Source: Malacoraja senta (Eukaryota). From it: a stretch of 64,000 bases of DNA. The notes under the pieces were generated by a model. That model worked only from the letters and a program-made list of their open reading frames with translations, ran no database searches and was not told the origin of the DNA. Each line of letters starts with the position of its first letter. Position 1 is the first letter of the stretch. A program made the translations under genes and the position numbers. Positions 1 to 12,782 of this stretch are shown in pieces. The stretch spans positions 12,960,001 to 13,024,000 of the forward strand of contig CM075988.1 in NCBI GenBank assembly GCA_038087875.1. Reading direction: 5' to 3'.

Positions 1-3000
1 TACCACCATTGCTGGGGACTTCAATAAGGCAAACCTCAAGAAATCACTCCCTAACTTCCACCAACATGTCTCCTGCTGCACCAGAGGACCAAACACCCTC
101 GACCACTGCTACACCACCATCAAGAATGCCTATCGTTCTATCCCTCTTCCCTATCCCTCCGACCATACCGCGGTGCTGCTTCATGCCTACAGGCAGCAAT
201 TGAAGAGCGCACCCCCAGAAGTGAGGACCGTACAGGGGTGGTCCGGAGGGGGGGGGGGGGGGTTGGAGGGCAGAGGAACAACTCCAGTGTTTGGAGTCTG
301 TAGACTGGGCAATGTTCAAGGACTTGGCAATGGACCTGAACGAATACGCCACAGCCGTTACAGACTTCATTAAGAAGTGTGTGGAGGACTGCATCACCAC
401 CAAAACCTTCCGAGTGTCTCCCAATCAGAAACCTTTGATGAACTTTGAGATCCGCACTCTTCTGAAGTCCAGACACCGGGCATTCATGTCTGATGATACA
501 GTGGCCTACAAGAAGTCCAGATACGACCTTGGTAAGGCCATCAAAAATGCCAAAAGGGACTTCTGCTCCAAACTGGAGGATGAGACAGATGTTCGGCAGC
601 TGTGGCGGGGCCTGAATGCAATCACCTCCTACAAGGCGAAACCAGGAGGCAGCTCGAATGTCGGCGAAACATCACTCCCTGACGAGCTCAATGCTTTTTA
701 CGCACGCTTTGATAGGGTGAACACTGATGTGCCTTCCCGAGCCCCCATTCGCTGTGATGGTATTTCAGTTTCAGTCACAGAGGCCGACGTCAGGAAATCC
801 TTCAGAGGGGTTAACCCTCGAAAAGCGCCTGGACCTGATGGTATACCTGGTCGTGTTCTAAAAACCTGTGCGGACCAACTGACTGGAGTTTTTACGGACA
901 TTTTCAAACTCTCACTTCTGAGGTCTGAGGTCCCCACCTGCTTTAAAAGGGCATCAATTATACCAGTGCCCAAGAAGAGTAAGGTAACGTGCCTCAATGA
1001 CTATCGACCAGTGGCACTAACGCCAGTGGTGATGAAGTGCTTTGAGAGGTTGATCATGGAGCAAATCAACTCCTACCTCGACAAAAACCTGGACCCACTG
1101 CAGTTCGCTTACCACCACAACAGATCAACGGTGGATGCGATCTTGCTGGCCCTCCACTCCGCTCCGGACCACTTGGACAACAAAAACTCATATGTCAGGC
1201 TGTTATTCATCGATTACATCTCGGCATTTAACACAATCATCCCCTCCAAGCTGGTTACCAAACTCGCAGAACTGGGTCTCTGCGCATCCCTCTGCAATTG
1301 GATCCTCGACTTCCTCATTCACAGACCACAGTCTGTTCGTATTGGTGGAAATGTGTCAGCCTCGATAACAATCAGCACGGGAGCACCTCAAGGCTGCGTG
1401 CTCAGCCCCCTGCTGTACTCACTCTATACTCATGACTGCGTAGCCGGTCACAGTGCGAACTCCATCATCAAGTTCGCTGACGACACCACTGTTGTTGGAT
1501 GTATCACTGATGGGGATGAGTCAGAGTACAGAAGAGAGATAGAGCAACTGTCCATATGCTGCCAGCTCAATAACCTGGCCCTCAACACCAGCAAAACCAA
1601 GCAACTGATTGTGGACTTTGGAAGGAGTAGGATGGGGACCCACAGTCCCATTTATATCAACGGGTCGATGGTTGAAAGGGTCAAGAGCTTCAACTTCCTG
1701 GGCGTGCACATCTTAGAGATTAGACTTAGACTTAGATTCCTTTATTGTCATTCAGACCTTTCGGACTGAACGAAATTTCGTTGCCTGCAGTCATACATAT
1801 AATAAATAACAAAACACAAAATAAACACAAATTAACATCCACCACAGTGAGTTCACCAGGCAGCTCCTCACTGTGATGGAGGCAAAAGTCTTAAAGTCTC
1901 TGTCTCTTCCCTCTTTGTTCTCCCTCTGCGCTGAGGCGATCCAGGCTTCTGACGTTGTGACCCCGCCGGGTGATGGTAAGTCAGTCCCGCGGCTGAATCC
2001 GTGCTCCGGTCCGCGACGGGACGGTTCAAACTCCGCGGCCCGGGATGGCCGAAGCTGCCGCCCTTCAGTCCAGCGGACGCATCTGTAGTTGCGGGAGCCC
2101 CAGAAAAACAGGTCACCCACCTGTGACCTGCGAGCTCCCGACAATGTTGTCCACCGGGCCCGCGGCCGAGCCTCCGGACTCAGGTCGCCACCAGCGTCCT
2201 CGGTCGCCACCGCCGGAACGCCACCGCAGTCCCGAAGCCGGCCAGCCCCGCGCTGGTAAGTCCTGGCTCTGCCTCCGGAGCCTCGAGGTCGGTCGGTCGC
2301 AGTTGGAGTTGGAGGCCGGCAGCTCCGCCATTTTGGCCTCAGCGCAGTGGAATACGACAAGAAAAAGTCGCATTCCCCCGAAGGAAGAGACAAAAATCAT
2401 GTTTCACCCCCCCCCCCCCCACCCCACCCCACACGTACACAACCTAATAACTAAAATGTAACTAAAACAGGACAAAAGAAAACAAAAAAAAAGTAAAAAC
2501 AGACGGACTGCAGGCAAGCCGCAGCTGAGCAACAGCGCCGCCACTTCTCTGAAGATCTTTCCTGGTCCGAGAACACTAATGCAATTATCAAGAAAGCTCA
2601 TCAGCGCCTCTACTTCCTGAGAAGATTACGGAGAGTCGGTTTGTCAAGCAGGACTCTCTCTAACTTCTACAGGTGCACAGTGGAGAGCATGCTGACCGGT
2701 TGCATCGTGGCTTGGTTCGGCAACTCGAGCACCCTGGAGAGAAAAACACTACAAAAAGTAGTAAAAACTGCCCAGTCCATCATCGGCTCTGACCTTCCTT
2801 CCATCGAGGGGATTTATCGCAGTCACTGCCTCAAAAAGGCTGGCAGTATCATCAACGACCCACACCATCCTGGCCACACACTCATCTCCCTGCTACCTTC
2901 AGGTAGAAGATTCAGGAGCCTGAAGACTGCAACAACCAGGTTCAGGAATAGCTACTTCCCCACAGCCATCAGGCTATTAAACCTGGCTCGGACAAAACTC

Positions 3001-3190
3001 TGATTATTAATAGCCCATTATCTGTTATTTGCACTTTATCAGTTTATTTATTCATGTGTGTATATATTATATTATGGTATTTGGACACACTTATCTGTTT
3101 TGTTGTAAATGCCTACTATGTTCTGTTGTGCTGAAGCAAAGCAAGAATTTCATTGTCCTATCAGGGACACATGACAATAAACTCACTTGA
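1..3190 (+). mobile_element. Rex1/Babar-clade LINE (5' part beyond the window edge), split by an insertion at 1714-2545
   Basis: The end of the endonuclease (GDFN-like) lies at 1-290. RT ORF 291-1713 has KAPGPDGIPG, YRPVALT, PQGCVLSPLLY and KFADD. It resumes at 2549 with EDLSW..KKAHQRLYFLRRL..FYRCTVES (ORF end 3003). The 3' tail is GAATTTCATTGTCC..TGACAATAAA plus (CTTGAA)n. Confidence 0.9.
1714..2545 (-). mobile_element. ~830-bp non-autonomous retroelement (bipartite, Rex1-type 3' tail), copy 1
   Basis: It interrupts the Rex1 RT at CACATCT|CTGAAG with a TCT duplication. On the minus strand it starts (A)AGTGGCGGCGCTG and ends TGACAATAAAGGAATCTAAGTCTAAGTCTAATCTCTA. It is highly similar to 46669-47505. 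Confidence 0.85.
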
Positions 3191-3208
3191 ACACTTGAAC
3201 TTGAACTT

Positions 3209-3710
3209 GCTATTGAGGGAGTGCAGCATAGGTTTACAAGGTTATTTCCCGGGATGGCGGGACTGTCATATACTGAGAGAATGGAGTGGCTGGGCTTGTA
3301 TACTCTGGAATTTAGCAGGACGAATGGGAATCTTATTGAAACATAAGATTATTCATGGTTTGGACACGCTTGAGGCAGGAAACATGTTCCCGATGTTGGG
3401 GGAGTCCAGAACCAGAGGCCACAGTTTAAGAATAAGGGGTAAGCCATTTAGAACGGAGGTGAGGAAACACTTTTTCACACAATGAGTTGTGAGTCTGTGG
3501 AATTCTCTCCCTCAGAGGGCGGTGGAGGCCGGTTCTCTGGATACTTTCAAGAGAGAGCTAGATAGGGCTCTTAAAAATATCGGAGCCAGGGGATATGGGG
3601 AGAAGGCAGGAATGGGGTACTGATTGGGGATGATCAGCCATGATCACATTGAATGCGGTGCTGGCTCAAAGGGCTGAATGGCCTACTCCTGCACCTATTG
3701 TCTATTGTCT
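3209..3710 (+). mobile_element. CR1-clade LINE 3' fragment
   Basis: Encodes the CR1 ORF2 C-terminus RTRGHSLRIRGKPFRTEVRKHFFTQ. The 3' UTR ends GAATGGCCTACTCCTGCACCTATTGTCTATTG. Confidence 0.85.
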
Positions 3711-5431
3711 CTGGCCCAGGCTCCAAATGATGCCACTAGATGATTGAATCCCATAGATATTCTGAGCAAACCTGCTTACTTGACCAAGCTGGAAAGGATA
3801 GGCTACAAGCTCTTGGTAAAGCCCTGTTCACAAATAGAGCTGTTCTTGACCTTGATGGCTTACTGGTGTGCCTACCTATGCTGGCTCGAAGGACTGAATG
3901 GCCTACTCCTGCACCTATTGTCTATTGTCGGTGTGGACAAATTGGGCCGAAGGGCCTGTTTCCACGCTGTATATCTCTATGACTATGACTGTATAAAACC
4001 AATTTTCCCCATTAACATTCCTCAGGAACAAAAGGGTCTCTAATAGGGGCAAAAGACTGACCGAGTTCCTGTAGCAGTAATCAGCCACCTTCCGTGTTGC
4101 AATAGTTCCATGAATCTATTGGCAGCAATTCCGTCTCCTCTCTTAAGATATCAGACACCTCACCAGTGTTCATGCTCCTGACAACCAGCCAGCTGAGATG
4201 CTGCCTTTGGTGCTACAAGGTTGGAGTATATGGGTGGACTCTCTTACTTCAGAGGGATTTGAAGTCACACTTCAAGGCCACTTATATCCTCTTCCATGGA
4301 ATGACAACTGCCTTTCCCGACCCTAAATCAACCACTCGGGTGATACTGCTTGAAACCGAGGTAAAAAGGCAAGTACTAAGAGAAGTGAGGTTTAAAGTTG
4401 TTTGCCACGGAAATGTTTGATTTAACAATGTGGTCAGGCAATTACCGTACATTCTGAAACAAAAACAGGATACGACTGATGAATGGGGAACTAGGCATGG
4501 TATACTTTGGTGCTGCAAGCTGAAGTTTTGGTCAGAGAACCTTCCTGATGGGTGAGTTTTAAACTGCGTCCTCATCGGTGAGTTTTTTTGCATTGTAAAG
4601 AGACATAGTGGAAATCACGTGAGTTACAGTTTGAAAAGTCCTAACATGCAACAGAGGAGTCCCATTGTTTAATCAGGTCTTACAGAGGAGATCAGGAAAC
4701 AAAAATGCTGTACGATCCAGCTACTGGCCTTCTTGATGCTGAATGGTTAATTAGTTGGAGGAAACACAAGGAATTTAGTGCACCATCGAGCTTCAAACTT
4801 CTTGCACTGTTGTTAGATCAATGTCTGCCTGTATTTTCTCCAAATCCCCAGGCCAGAATCCCCATCAAATGAATGGGGACCTCCATCCATGCCTGTCCAG
4901 AATCACCTAGACACATTCCCAAGTGTGTGATGTTCTGTGATGAAGTGGAGTGGCACACAGACGCACATATCACCTGGCTTGTCTTAAATGCATGGCTTAA
5001 TTCTGTGACTCGCTTCACTGGGATACCTGTGACTCAGTTCGGAAATGCGAGGCGTTGTCAGGACAGTTCAATCCAATGTGCTGCAAATCTCACAAATCTC
5101 TCTCCAAACTTCACAATTCGTACCCTTGCTTTAAACAAGGGTGTGTTGTCATTTTCAGGGAGGGCCTTGATTTAGTTGTAGTCATCTCAGCTCTCAGTGA
5201 AACTTTCATGCTTTTCTCCTGGACAAAAATCACACAACCCTTTCACACAAAGTTCCAAAATGCAGCATAATGATACATTAAACTATCTCCCACTCAGCTG
5301 TGTTTATAATTAATAATTATAGCATTAATCTTCGTCTATTGTGTTTCCTTTATTTTTGTAATGTTTATAATACTATATGTTTTTCCTATGTTTATTATTT
5401 TATGATTACTAATTAGGTCATTATTATTATA

Positions 5432-5640
5432 TAAGATAGGCACTAAAAGCTGGAGTAACAGGCAGCATCTCTGGAGAGAAGGAATAGGTGATGTTTCGGG
5501 TCGAGATCCTTCTTCAGGCTTCTCCCATTCACTCTTCCCTCATTCCTTCTCTCCAGAGATGCTGCCTGTCCCGCTGAGTTACTCCAGCTTTTTGTGTCTA
5601 TCTTCAGTTTAAACCAGCATCTGTAGTTCCTTCCTACACA
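5432..5640. mobile_element. Penelope-type terminal repeat, inverted pair
   Basis: Left arm GCAGCATCTCTGGAGAGAAGGAAT and right arm ATTCCTTCTCTCCAGAGATGCTGC are reverse complements. The minus strand has the hammerhead-like core CTGAAGAAGGATCTCGACCCGAAACATC. Confidence 0.65.
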
Positions 5641-5777
5641 TTATTATATAAGGTTTTGGTTCATTAGTCACACCCCGCTTTAATGTTAGTCCCTAACTGA
5701 AATTGTTGTATTGGTGATGTATTTTGTGTAACGCAGATAGTCCCCTGGAGGACATGTGGAGACTGCATGTTGAGTTA

Positions 5778-7890
5778 CGTAACTCGTACAGCTCGACGGG
5801 AGTGTCGCAGAGCTGAACGAAAGTGGAAGAAGGACAGGCTGCAGGTTTCATCGCAAATTCTAAAGGACAGCTGGCCTAATTACCAAAATACTGTTAAAGA
5901 GGCCAAAAGATATTACCTGTCTAATATAATAGTGTCTAAGCGTCACGACCCACGTGTGCTATTCAAAACTATTGATTCTGTTTTAAATGCCCCACAGCCT
6001 GTCTGCCTGGAAGCATCGTCCGAATTGTGCAATGACTTCCTGCACTTCTTTATCAATAAGGTGGTTTCTATAAGGGCTCTCATCTCAGCTCCTGCCTCTG
6101 ACCCCTCTGTTCCGGCCCCATGCCTGGGGGCATTCGATAAGTTTGTCCCTCTGACATTGCCGGGTCTAGAGGATGTGGTTAGCCATATTAGGCTGTCGGG
6201 TTCCCCTTGTGATGCTGTCCCTCTTCTTTTTAAAGAGGTTTTCCCGAGTATAGGGCAGTCGGTTCTCGCCATCATAAACAGTAGCTTGTGTTCTGGGGTT
6301 GTCCCCGTAAATTTTAAACATGCAGTAGTGCAACCACTACTTAAGAAACCTGGCCTGGACCAAACTGTTCTGGCCAATTTTAGGACGATCTCCAAGCTGC
6401 CATTTATCTCGAAAATCATGGAGAAAGTAGTTTATGCCCAGCTGAAACTCTTCCTGGACGAGCGCAATATTCGGGAGGTTTTCCAGTCTGGATTCAAAGC
6501 TATGCATAGCACAGAATCAGCTCTGCTAAGGGTTTTTAACGACATCCTCCTGGCGAACGACTCTGGTAACTATGTGGTTCTTGTCTTGCTGGACCTATCT
6601 GCCGCCTTCGATACAGTGGACCATGGAATTTTAATTTCCCGATTACAGCACCAAGTAGGCATCTGTGGCAGTGCCCTGGGATGGTTCGGGTCCTATCTGG
6701 CAGACAGAACCATGCATGTAAGCCTTGCTGGCTTTGAATCCTCCTCCGCTCCCTTGGCATATGGGGTTCCATAGGGCTCAATTTTAGGGCCCCTGCTCTT
6801 CTCTCTATACCTACTTCCTCTGGGCTCAATTTTAAGAAGGCATGGCATCTTCTTTCACTTTTACGCAGATGATAGCTAGTTATATATGCCACTCAGGAAG
6901 GAAGAGGATTATTCTCTAAAATCACTTCTGTCTTGTCTTGAGGACATTAAGTCCTGGATGGCCTTAAACTTTCTGGGACTTAATGAAAAAAAGACAGAGG
7001 TGATTTTGTTTGGCCCCAATGGCTGCCGTGAACCTCCCTTTGTTGACTTGGGTCCACTGGCATTGTCCGTAAAGCCAACAGTTTTAAACCTGGGTTTTAG
7101 GATGGACGGTGATTTTAAACTAGATAAACAAATAGGTGCGGTGGTTAAGTCCAGCTTCTTTCACCTAAGGAAGCTGGCAAAGGTGAAGCCCATTCTCGAG
7201 CGGCAGCATTTTGAAACAGTAATCCATGCCTTTATTACATCTAGGCTGGATTACTGTAACGCACTCTACTCTGGAGTCGCACAAGCTTCATTGGCTCGTC
7301 ACCAGCTGGTCCAAAATGCTGCCGCTCGCCTTTTAACCGGAACTCGAAAGAGGGAGCACATTACGCCAATTTTGGCCTCCCTTCACTGGCTCCCAGTGCA
7401 CTTTCAAGTTCATTTTAAAATTCTTTTATTCGTTTTTAAATCTTTGAATGGGCTCGCCCCGCCTTACCTCTCTGAGCTGCTCCACCTATATGCTCCTGCC
7501 CGGTGCCTCAGGTCAGCTGATCAGCTGCTCCTGGAGGTACCGAGGTCTAAGCGGAAGCTCAGAGGGGATAGAGCCTTCTCAGTTGCTGCTCCGGCACTCT
7601 GGAACACATTGCCATTGCACATCAGACAGGCCCCCTCACTGTCCATCTTCAAATCCACCTTACAAACTCACTTTTATTCTCTGGCTTTCGACACTGGCTG
7701 AGACATTGCTCCTGTTTATAGTGCTTTTAATGTCTTTTAATTTTTACTGTTTTATAGTCCTTCGTTTTACGTTTTTTAATGGTTTGTAATAACCTTGTCC
7801 ATGAGTTCTCATGTACAGCACTTTGTGGCAACTGCAGTTGTATAAAGTGCTTTATAAATAAAGTTATTATTATTATTATTATTAGTATTA
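5778..7890 (+). mobile_element. L2-clade LINE, 5'-truncated, RT with two nonsense codons
   Basis: Motifs QSGF, DLSAAFDTVDH, GVP*GS, YADD, SRLDYCN, LHWLP and GDRAFSVAAP. Ends AATAAAG(TTA)n. Confidence 0.9.
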
Positions 7891-8051
7891 CCTGCTACCG
7901 TGATTCCCTGTGATTAAAGACAAGTAAATAACTCAACCTGTAGCTCAATTAGTACCCATACTTCAGAACGTAGCGTTACAATCAGATTAGAAAATGCTCA
8001 GCAGATCAGAAATCATGTGTGCAAGAGGAAAAAGTAAGAAGAGAGGCAACA

Positions 8052-8182
8052 ACTGAAGAAGGGTCTCGACCCAAAACATCATCCATTCCTTTACCCCAGA
8101 AATGCTGCCTGTCCCGCTGAGTTACTCCAGCATTTTGTGTCTATCTTTGGTGTAAACCAGCATCTGCAGTTCCCTCCTGCAC
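8052..8182 (+). mobile_element. Penelope-type terminal fragment with hammerhead-like core
   Basis: CTGAAGAAGGGTCTCGACCCAAAACATC followed by the common tail ...GAGTTACTCCAGCATTTTGTGTCTATC...CCAGCATCTGCAGTTCC. Confidence 0.65.
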
Positions 8183-9304
8183 TTTCATCACACGTTTCAG
8201 GTTAAAGATCCTCTATCTATAACCTGAAATGCCAAGTGTTGCTTTTAGCAAATATTGCCCAACTGAGCCTTTCCTGGATTTATTCTTTTTATTTCAGATT
8301 TCTAGCATCTTTTTATATCTGCTTTTTATCCAAAAATCAGTGATTTTGGCTTGGTCTACTTGCTCTATTCTTATCCAGCCACCAAACCTATCTCTCAGTT
8401 CAAAAATGATCTTTTGTGCATAGTTCTCACTGCTCTCTGTTCAGTTTGAGCATCTGTGAATCTGCTGCATCTACTTTTGGTTGTGAAGTGTTTTGAGATG
8501 TCATGAAGACTCACCATGTTGTCAGCAAATAGCTAAACAATTCAAAGTGGGTTAAAGAGCAGATACAAATTGAGTTGCTTTCTTAGCTTTCCAAATGCAG
8601 TCTGAGGCACATACAGATGAGGTGATGTCTGTTTAATGCACAATTGTGCTGATTTATTAAAGAAGTGACCATTGCTTTAAATTGAAGGCTACATTTTTTT
8701 ACAATTCAAAGTAAAATTTAAATGAGTAACACCATTTATTGAAAATACTTGCAAGGTAATTGATATTTTTTATATACTGTTCATGCATCAACATGAGAAA
8801 TGTGTCATTCCAATAAACTGGGGAGATTTCAGCCTTTGCCCTCTCTGAAAATACCTCACTTTATTGTGAGCTGCAATATCTGTCTTCCATGCAGTAATAT
8901 GTTACAAATGCAATTTAATTTTCCCACCTGACAAGTAATCTCTTGCATTTCAAACCATTTTGTTGGTTATGTGTAACATTGTGTTATTAGATTAAAAAAT
9001 TCAAAGCATTGTTTTATTTTCATGTTATATATCATTTCATAGGCATAAATATCTAATGCCTGCAAAATGAATTGCTAATATTATTTTTGATTTGCTGAAA
9101 TGATGTTGCATTTAACACAAATTGGGCCCAAACAAAAATGTATAAGTCTGGCCAAATAGTGCTTTACATCGGAAATTAATGCAAGAACAGCACTAATTTA
9201 TTATTAGTATTGCGATTGATATTTAGTACTAGCAACTCAAAAGAAAATTGCTCTATGTCACAGATATGGCACTATTACATATTATTATTAAGCTTTTATA
9301 ATAA

Positions 9305-9710
9305 GAGTCTACTGGCGAGGCACTTGACGGCACGGAAAGACACCCAATAAAGCTACGGAAAGGCCTAATGAACCACTATGGCCTAAAAATCCATCAGGCG
9401 AGAATGAAATGCTCGGAGAAGGAGAAAGAGGTGCAGCGCACAGGCCTTGAACCTGGTGAGATGCAGGAGGAGCCCGGCCAGGACTCACCCCACAGAGCCC
9501 AGTCCCTCCAGGCACTAGAATCTCCCAACCCCTGCAGAGTAGTTATTAAGATGGCTGATCCGTGGGCGGTTGCTGCTGGGACGCAAGTCGGGCCTGATCA
9601 ACCCCTGCTGGTTCGCCTGGGCGAGGGTGTCTGATGTTGTGAGACTCTAAACACCCGGTGACCCCAGATCACATCACTGAGGATGCGTCCCAGTGCATCT
9701 AGAAGATGTA
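9305..9710 (+). mobile_element. Internally deleted R2-superfamily (HERO/NeSL-like) non-LTR element
   Basis: The zinc-finger remnant GLKIHQARMKC is joined at about 9545 to an ORF-end-like IKMADPW. It is followed by a HERO-like 3' UTR GGGTGTCTGATGTT..AAACACCC..CATCACTGAGGATGCGTCCC. Family is recalled from motifs. Confidence 0.6.
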
Positions 9711-9895
9711 TAATTTTCACAATGTATTGATTTGAGGTTCAATATATGTGACTTTCTCTTATAAATATTTTGATTGCTTATTAAAAGCATATGCCAAGTT
9801 ACTGTTTCTGATTAATTTTATTTGCATTTACTTTTGTCATCTTTTATTTGATAAAGGTTTCGCTGTTAACGTCAAAGTTTGGAGCGTCTACAAAA

Positions 9896-9959
9896 ATGGG
9901 ATTGAAATCTCATGTCATTGTCTTCACTTTCTGCTTGTACTTGTTCACTCTAACAACAG
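9896..9959 (+). CDS. otoancorin-like exon: signal peptide MGLKSHVIVFTFCLYLFTLTT(G)
   Basis: Acceptor TTTTATTTGATAAAG at 9856, ATG in AAAATGG context, hydrophobic peptide, donor CAG|GTAAGA (phase 1). Confidence 0.7.
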
Positions 9960-10475
9960 GTAAGACGTGGTATTCATCTTGTGGAGTGTTGAAGATTTGT
10001 GATGTAATTCAGTTCTGGCAGAACTTTTCTTTGTTTTATAGTGCTGATCTTTCCAAAATGTTTTATTATGTCTCTCATTCCAAACTCCATTCAACTTAAC
10101 TCAAATTCATCTCAACTTTGAAACCATCTTTTCAGGGTTTGTTCACTTACCCTGTGAGGGGATGCGTGAATGTGTTTCCCTTGGGATTCCATTGGTTAGA
10201 AGGTTAATTGGCAACTATAAATTATCCCCAGGTAGGTTATGTTCAGAGAACCAAGGTGGTAGGAAAAATAGGTGCGGAAATTGAATTGATGGGATTGCTC
10301 TGAATGGGTACAGAGCTGAAGGGCCACATTTTTTCCATCTATGTAATGAGAAATTATTTTAAAAATTGCATTTGATATCCCCTTTCTCTATTATGTTTAT
10401 GTGGCTGATTTTGGGTGAGCTAGGTCCAAAAAATCAGCAGAACCTAACAATCCCCTCATATTTTGCATTTGTTTT

Positions 10476-10959
<484 letters not shown>

Positions 10960-11159
10960 NNNNNNNNNNNNNNNNNNNNNNNNNNNNNNNNNNNNNNNNN
11001 NNNNNNNNNNNNNNNNNNNNNNNNNNNNNNNNNNNNNNNNNNNNNNNNNNNNNNNNNNNNNNNNNNNNNNNNNNNNNNNNNNNNNNNNNNNNNNNNNNNN
11101 NNNNNNNNNNNNNNNNNNNNNNNNNNNNNNNNNNNNNNNNNNNNNNNNNNNNNNNNNNN
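10960..11159. other. assembly gap (200 N)
   Basis: Run of N. Confidence 1.
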
Positions 11160-12782
11160 GACTTCCTCTCTGAACGCAGGGGGATCTGACTGAGGCAAAA
11201 TCCTTTGAAACAGTCAAATTTTTTTTTTAAGTTGCTTTCTGGTTTTTACTGTGCAGAATGCACTGTGAATTTCCACCTCTTATGAAGGTACCTAGTTTAA
11301 TTTCCACTCGGCGCTAAGCTAGATGAGTGGTTTAACCGCCTTTATAATGATTCCACGATGATAATAGGTAATAATTATGCTCAGGCATTGTGGCTGAATC
11401 CTGTGTATCCAGGTTACTCAAGCCTGGAAGATGATCTGCACAACTTGCATAAGAAACTGTTGTAAATCATGTTCTTCTTCTTATCGAGTCTACATCACAA
11501 GATTAGAAATTGTTCAGCCGGAGCTGAACACACTTCTCGGCATCTGCATGCAATGGTGTCTGTCTTGTGCTTCTTGTGCTTCTTGTGCGTGGTGGTGGAA
11601 AGATTGGTGGAAACAGGGCCGCGACGTGAACACTCTTTCCTTGATCCCGCAAATCATGTTAATACAATATTAACCAATTCTGCATGATTCTGGGAGAGTT
11701 AACACCCAGAAACATGTAAAATGTATTAATATCACATTGATTCTATTTACAAGTATCTTTTGCAAATATAAATTCTAGCACTGTTTTTCTGGAACCCAAT
11801 GCGTCCACTTTATCAATAGCAGTGCAAAATCCAAAATTCATTTCTGGCAAGAATCACTTTAATTTGTATCAAAACTGGTGATGTTCACTCACCAAAGAAT
11901 ATACTTTTAACAACGTTGAAGACTCAAACCGAATGTTTTGTTTCAAGACTGTGACACATCTTTCCTACAATATTATGCAGAGTTATGCACAATTCCCTGC
12001 CTCAATTTTCAATTGAAATGATAGAAACTGGCTTCCTAGTGACAACACCACCAGCTGGTTTCATGAGGAATCGTCCGTTTAAATGGCAGACAGACCGAGC
12101 CACCTTCCAGGATGTTGATGTTGACAGACAGGAAGAAAGCGTTTCAGGCAGGCCAGTATTCCTTCAGATGTAAATCGCAGAAACGCTAAAAAAAAAACTT
12201 GCAAAAAAAACCCTAACGGTTCCAAGTTCATCACATCAGAAATGAGCGCAACAAATAGAGGAGAAAGACATTGGTTAGAAGAAATAGCACCCAAAACCTC
12301 TTCATGTTTCCTCACAGCTCTGATCTCGAGAAGGAGCCCTGATAAGATCACTTCACTATACAGCATGTTGGTTTTTTTTACATTTCCTGAGAAGTGTAGA
12401 CAAGGAATGGGTGGGTGCCACAGTGTTGGGGAAGATGGTGGCAGAGTCCTTCTGGGAGACAGAGGTGCTTGCACAAGCTTTTTAAGAACAAATCACAAAT
12501 AGTTTAATTGATAGAGAAGATAGATTCTTGATCAGTAGAGGTGTCAGTTATGGGGAGAATGCAGGAGAATGGGGTTAGGAGAGAGAGATAGATCAGCCAT
12601 GATTGAGTGGTGAAGTAGACTTGATGGGCCAAATGGCCTAATTCTACACCTACTCCTTATGGCCTAACTTCCATGTGTAAATGGTATTTATCAAGTAAAT
12701 TTGAGTCTATTGTCCTTTGTGCAAGTAAAGTGAGGTGGAGGTACAATGAACATCAATAAGTTACCAGGAACACCTGTTGAAA

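Noticed and set aside
1791..2461. Overlapping 100-200 aa ORFs in the GC-rich insert (also 46661-47433)
   Set aside because: Open in several frames on both strands because of GC richness. Indels between the two copies change the frames and no domain is recognisable.
4050..5270. Several 60-100 aa ORFs upstream of the gene
   Set aside because: No recognisable motifs or consistent splice structure. Probably old repeat or unique non-coding DNA.
12025..12169. Possible coding exon ETGFLVTTPPAGF...
   Set aside because: The phase 1 acceptor fits, but donors are weak or give phase 2 with no matching next exon, and there is no family motif.
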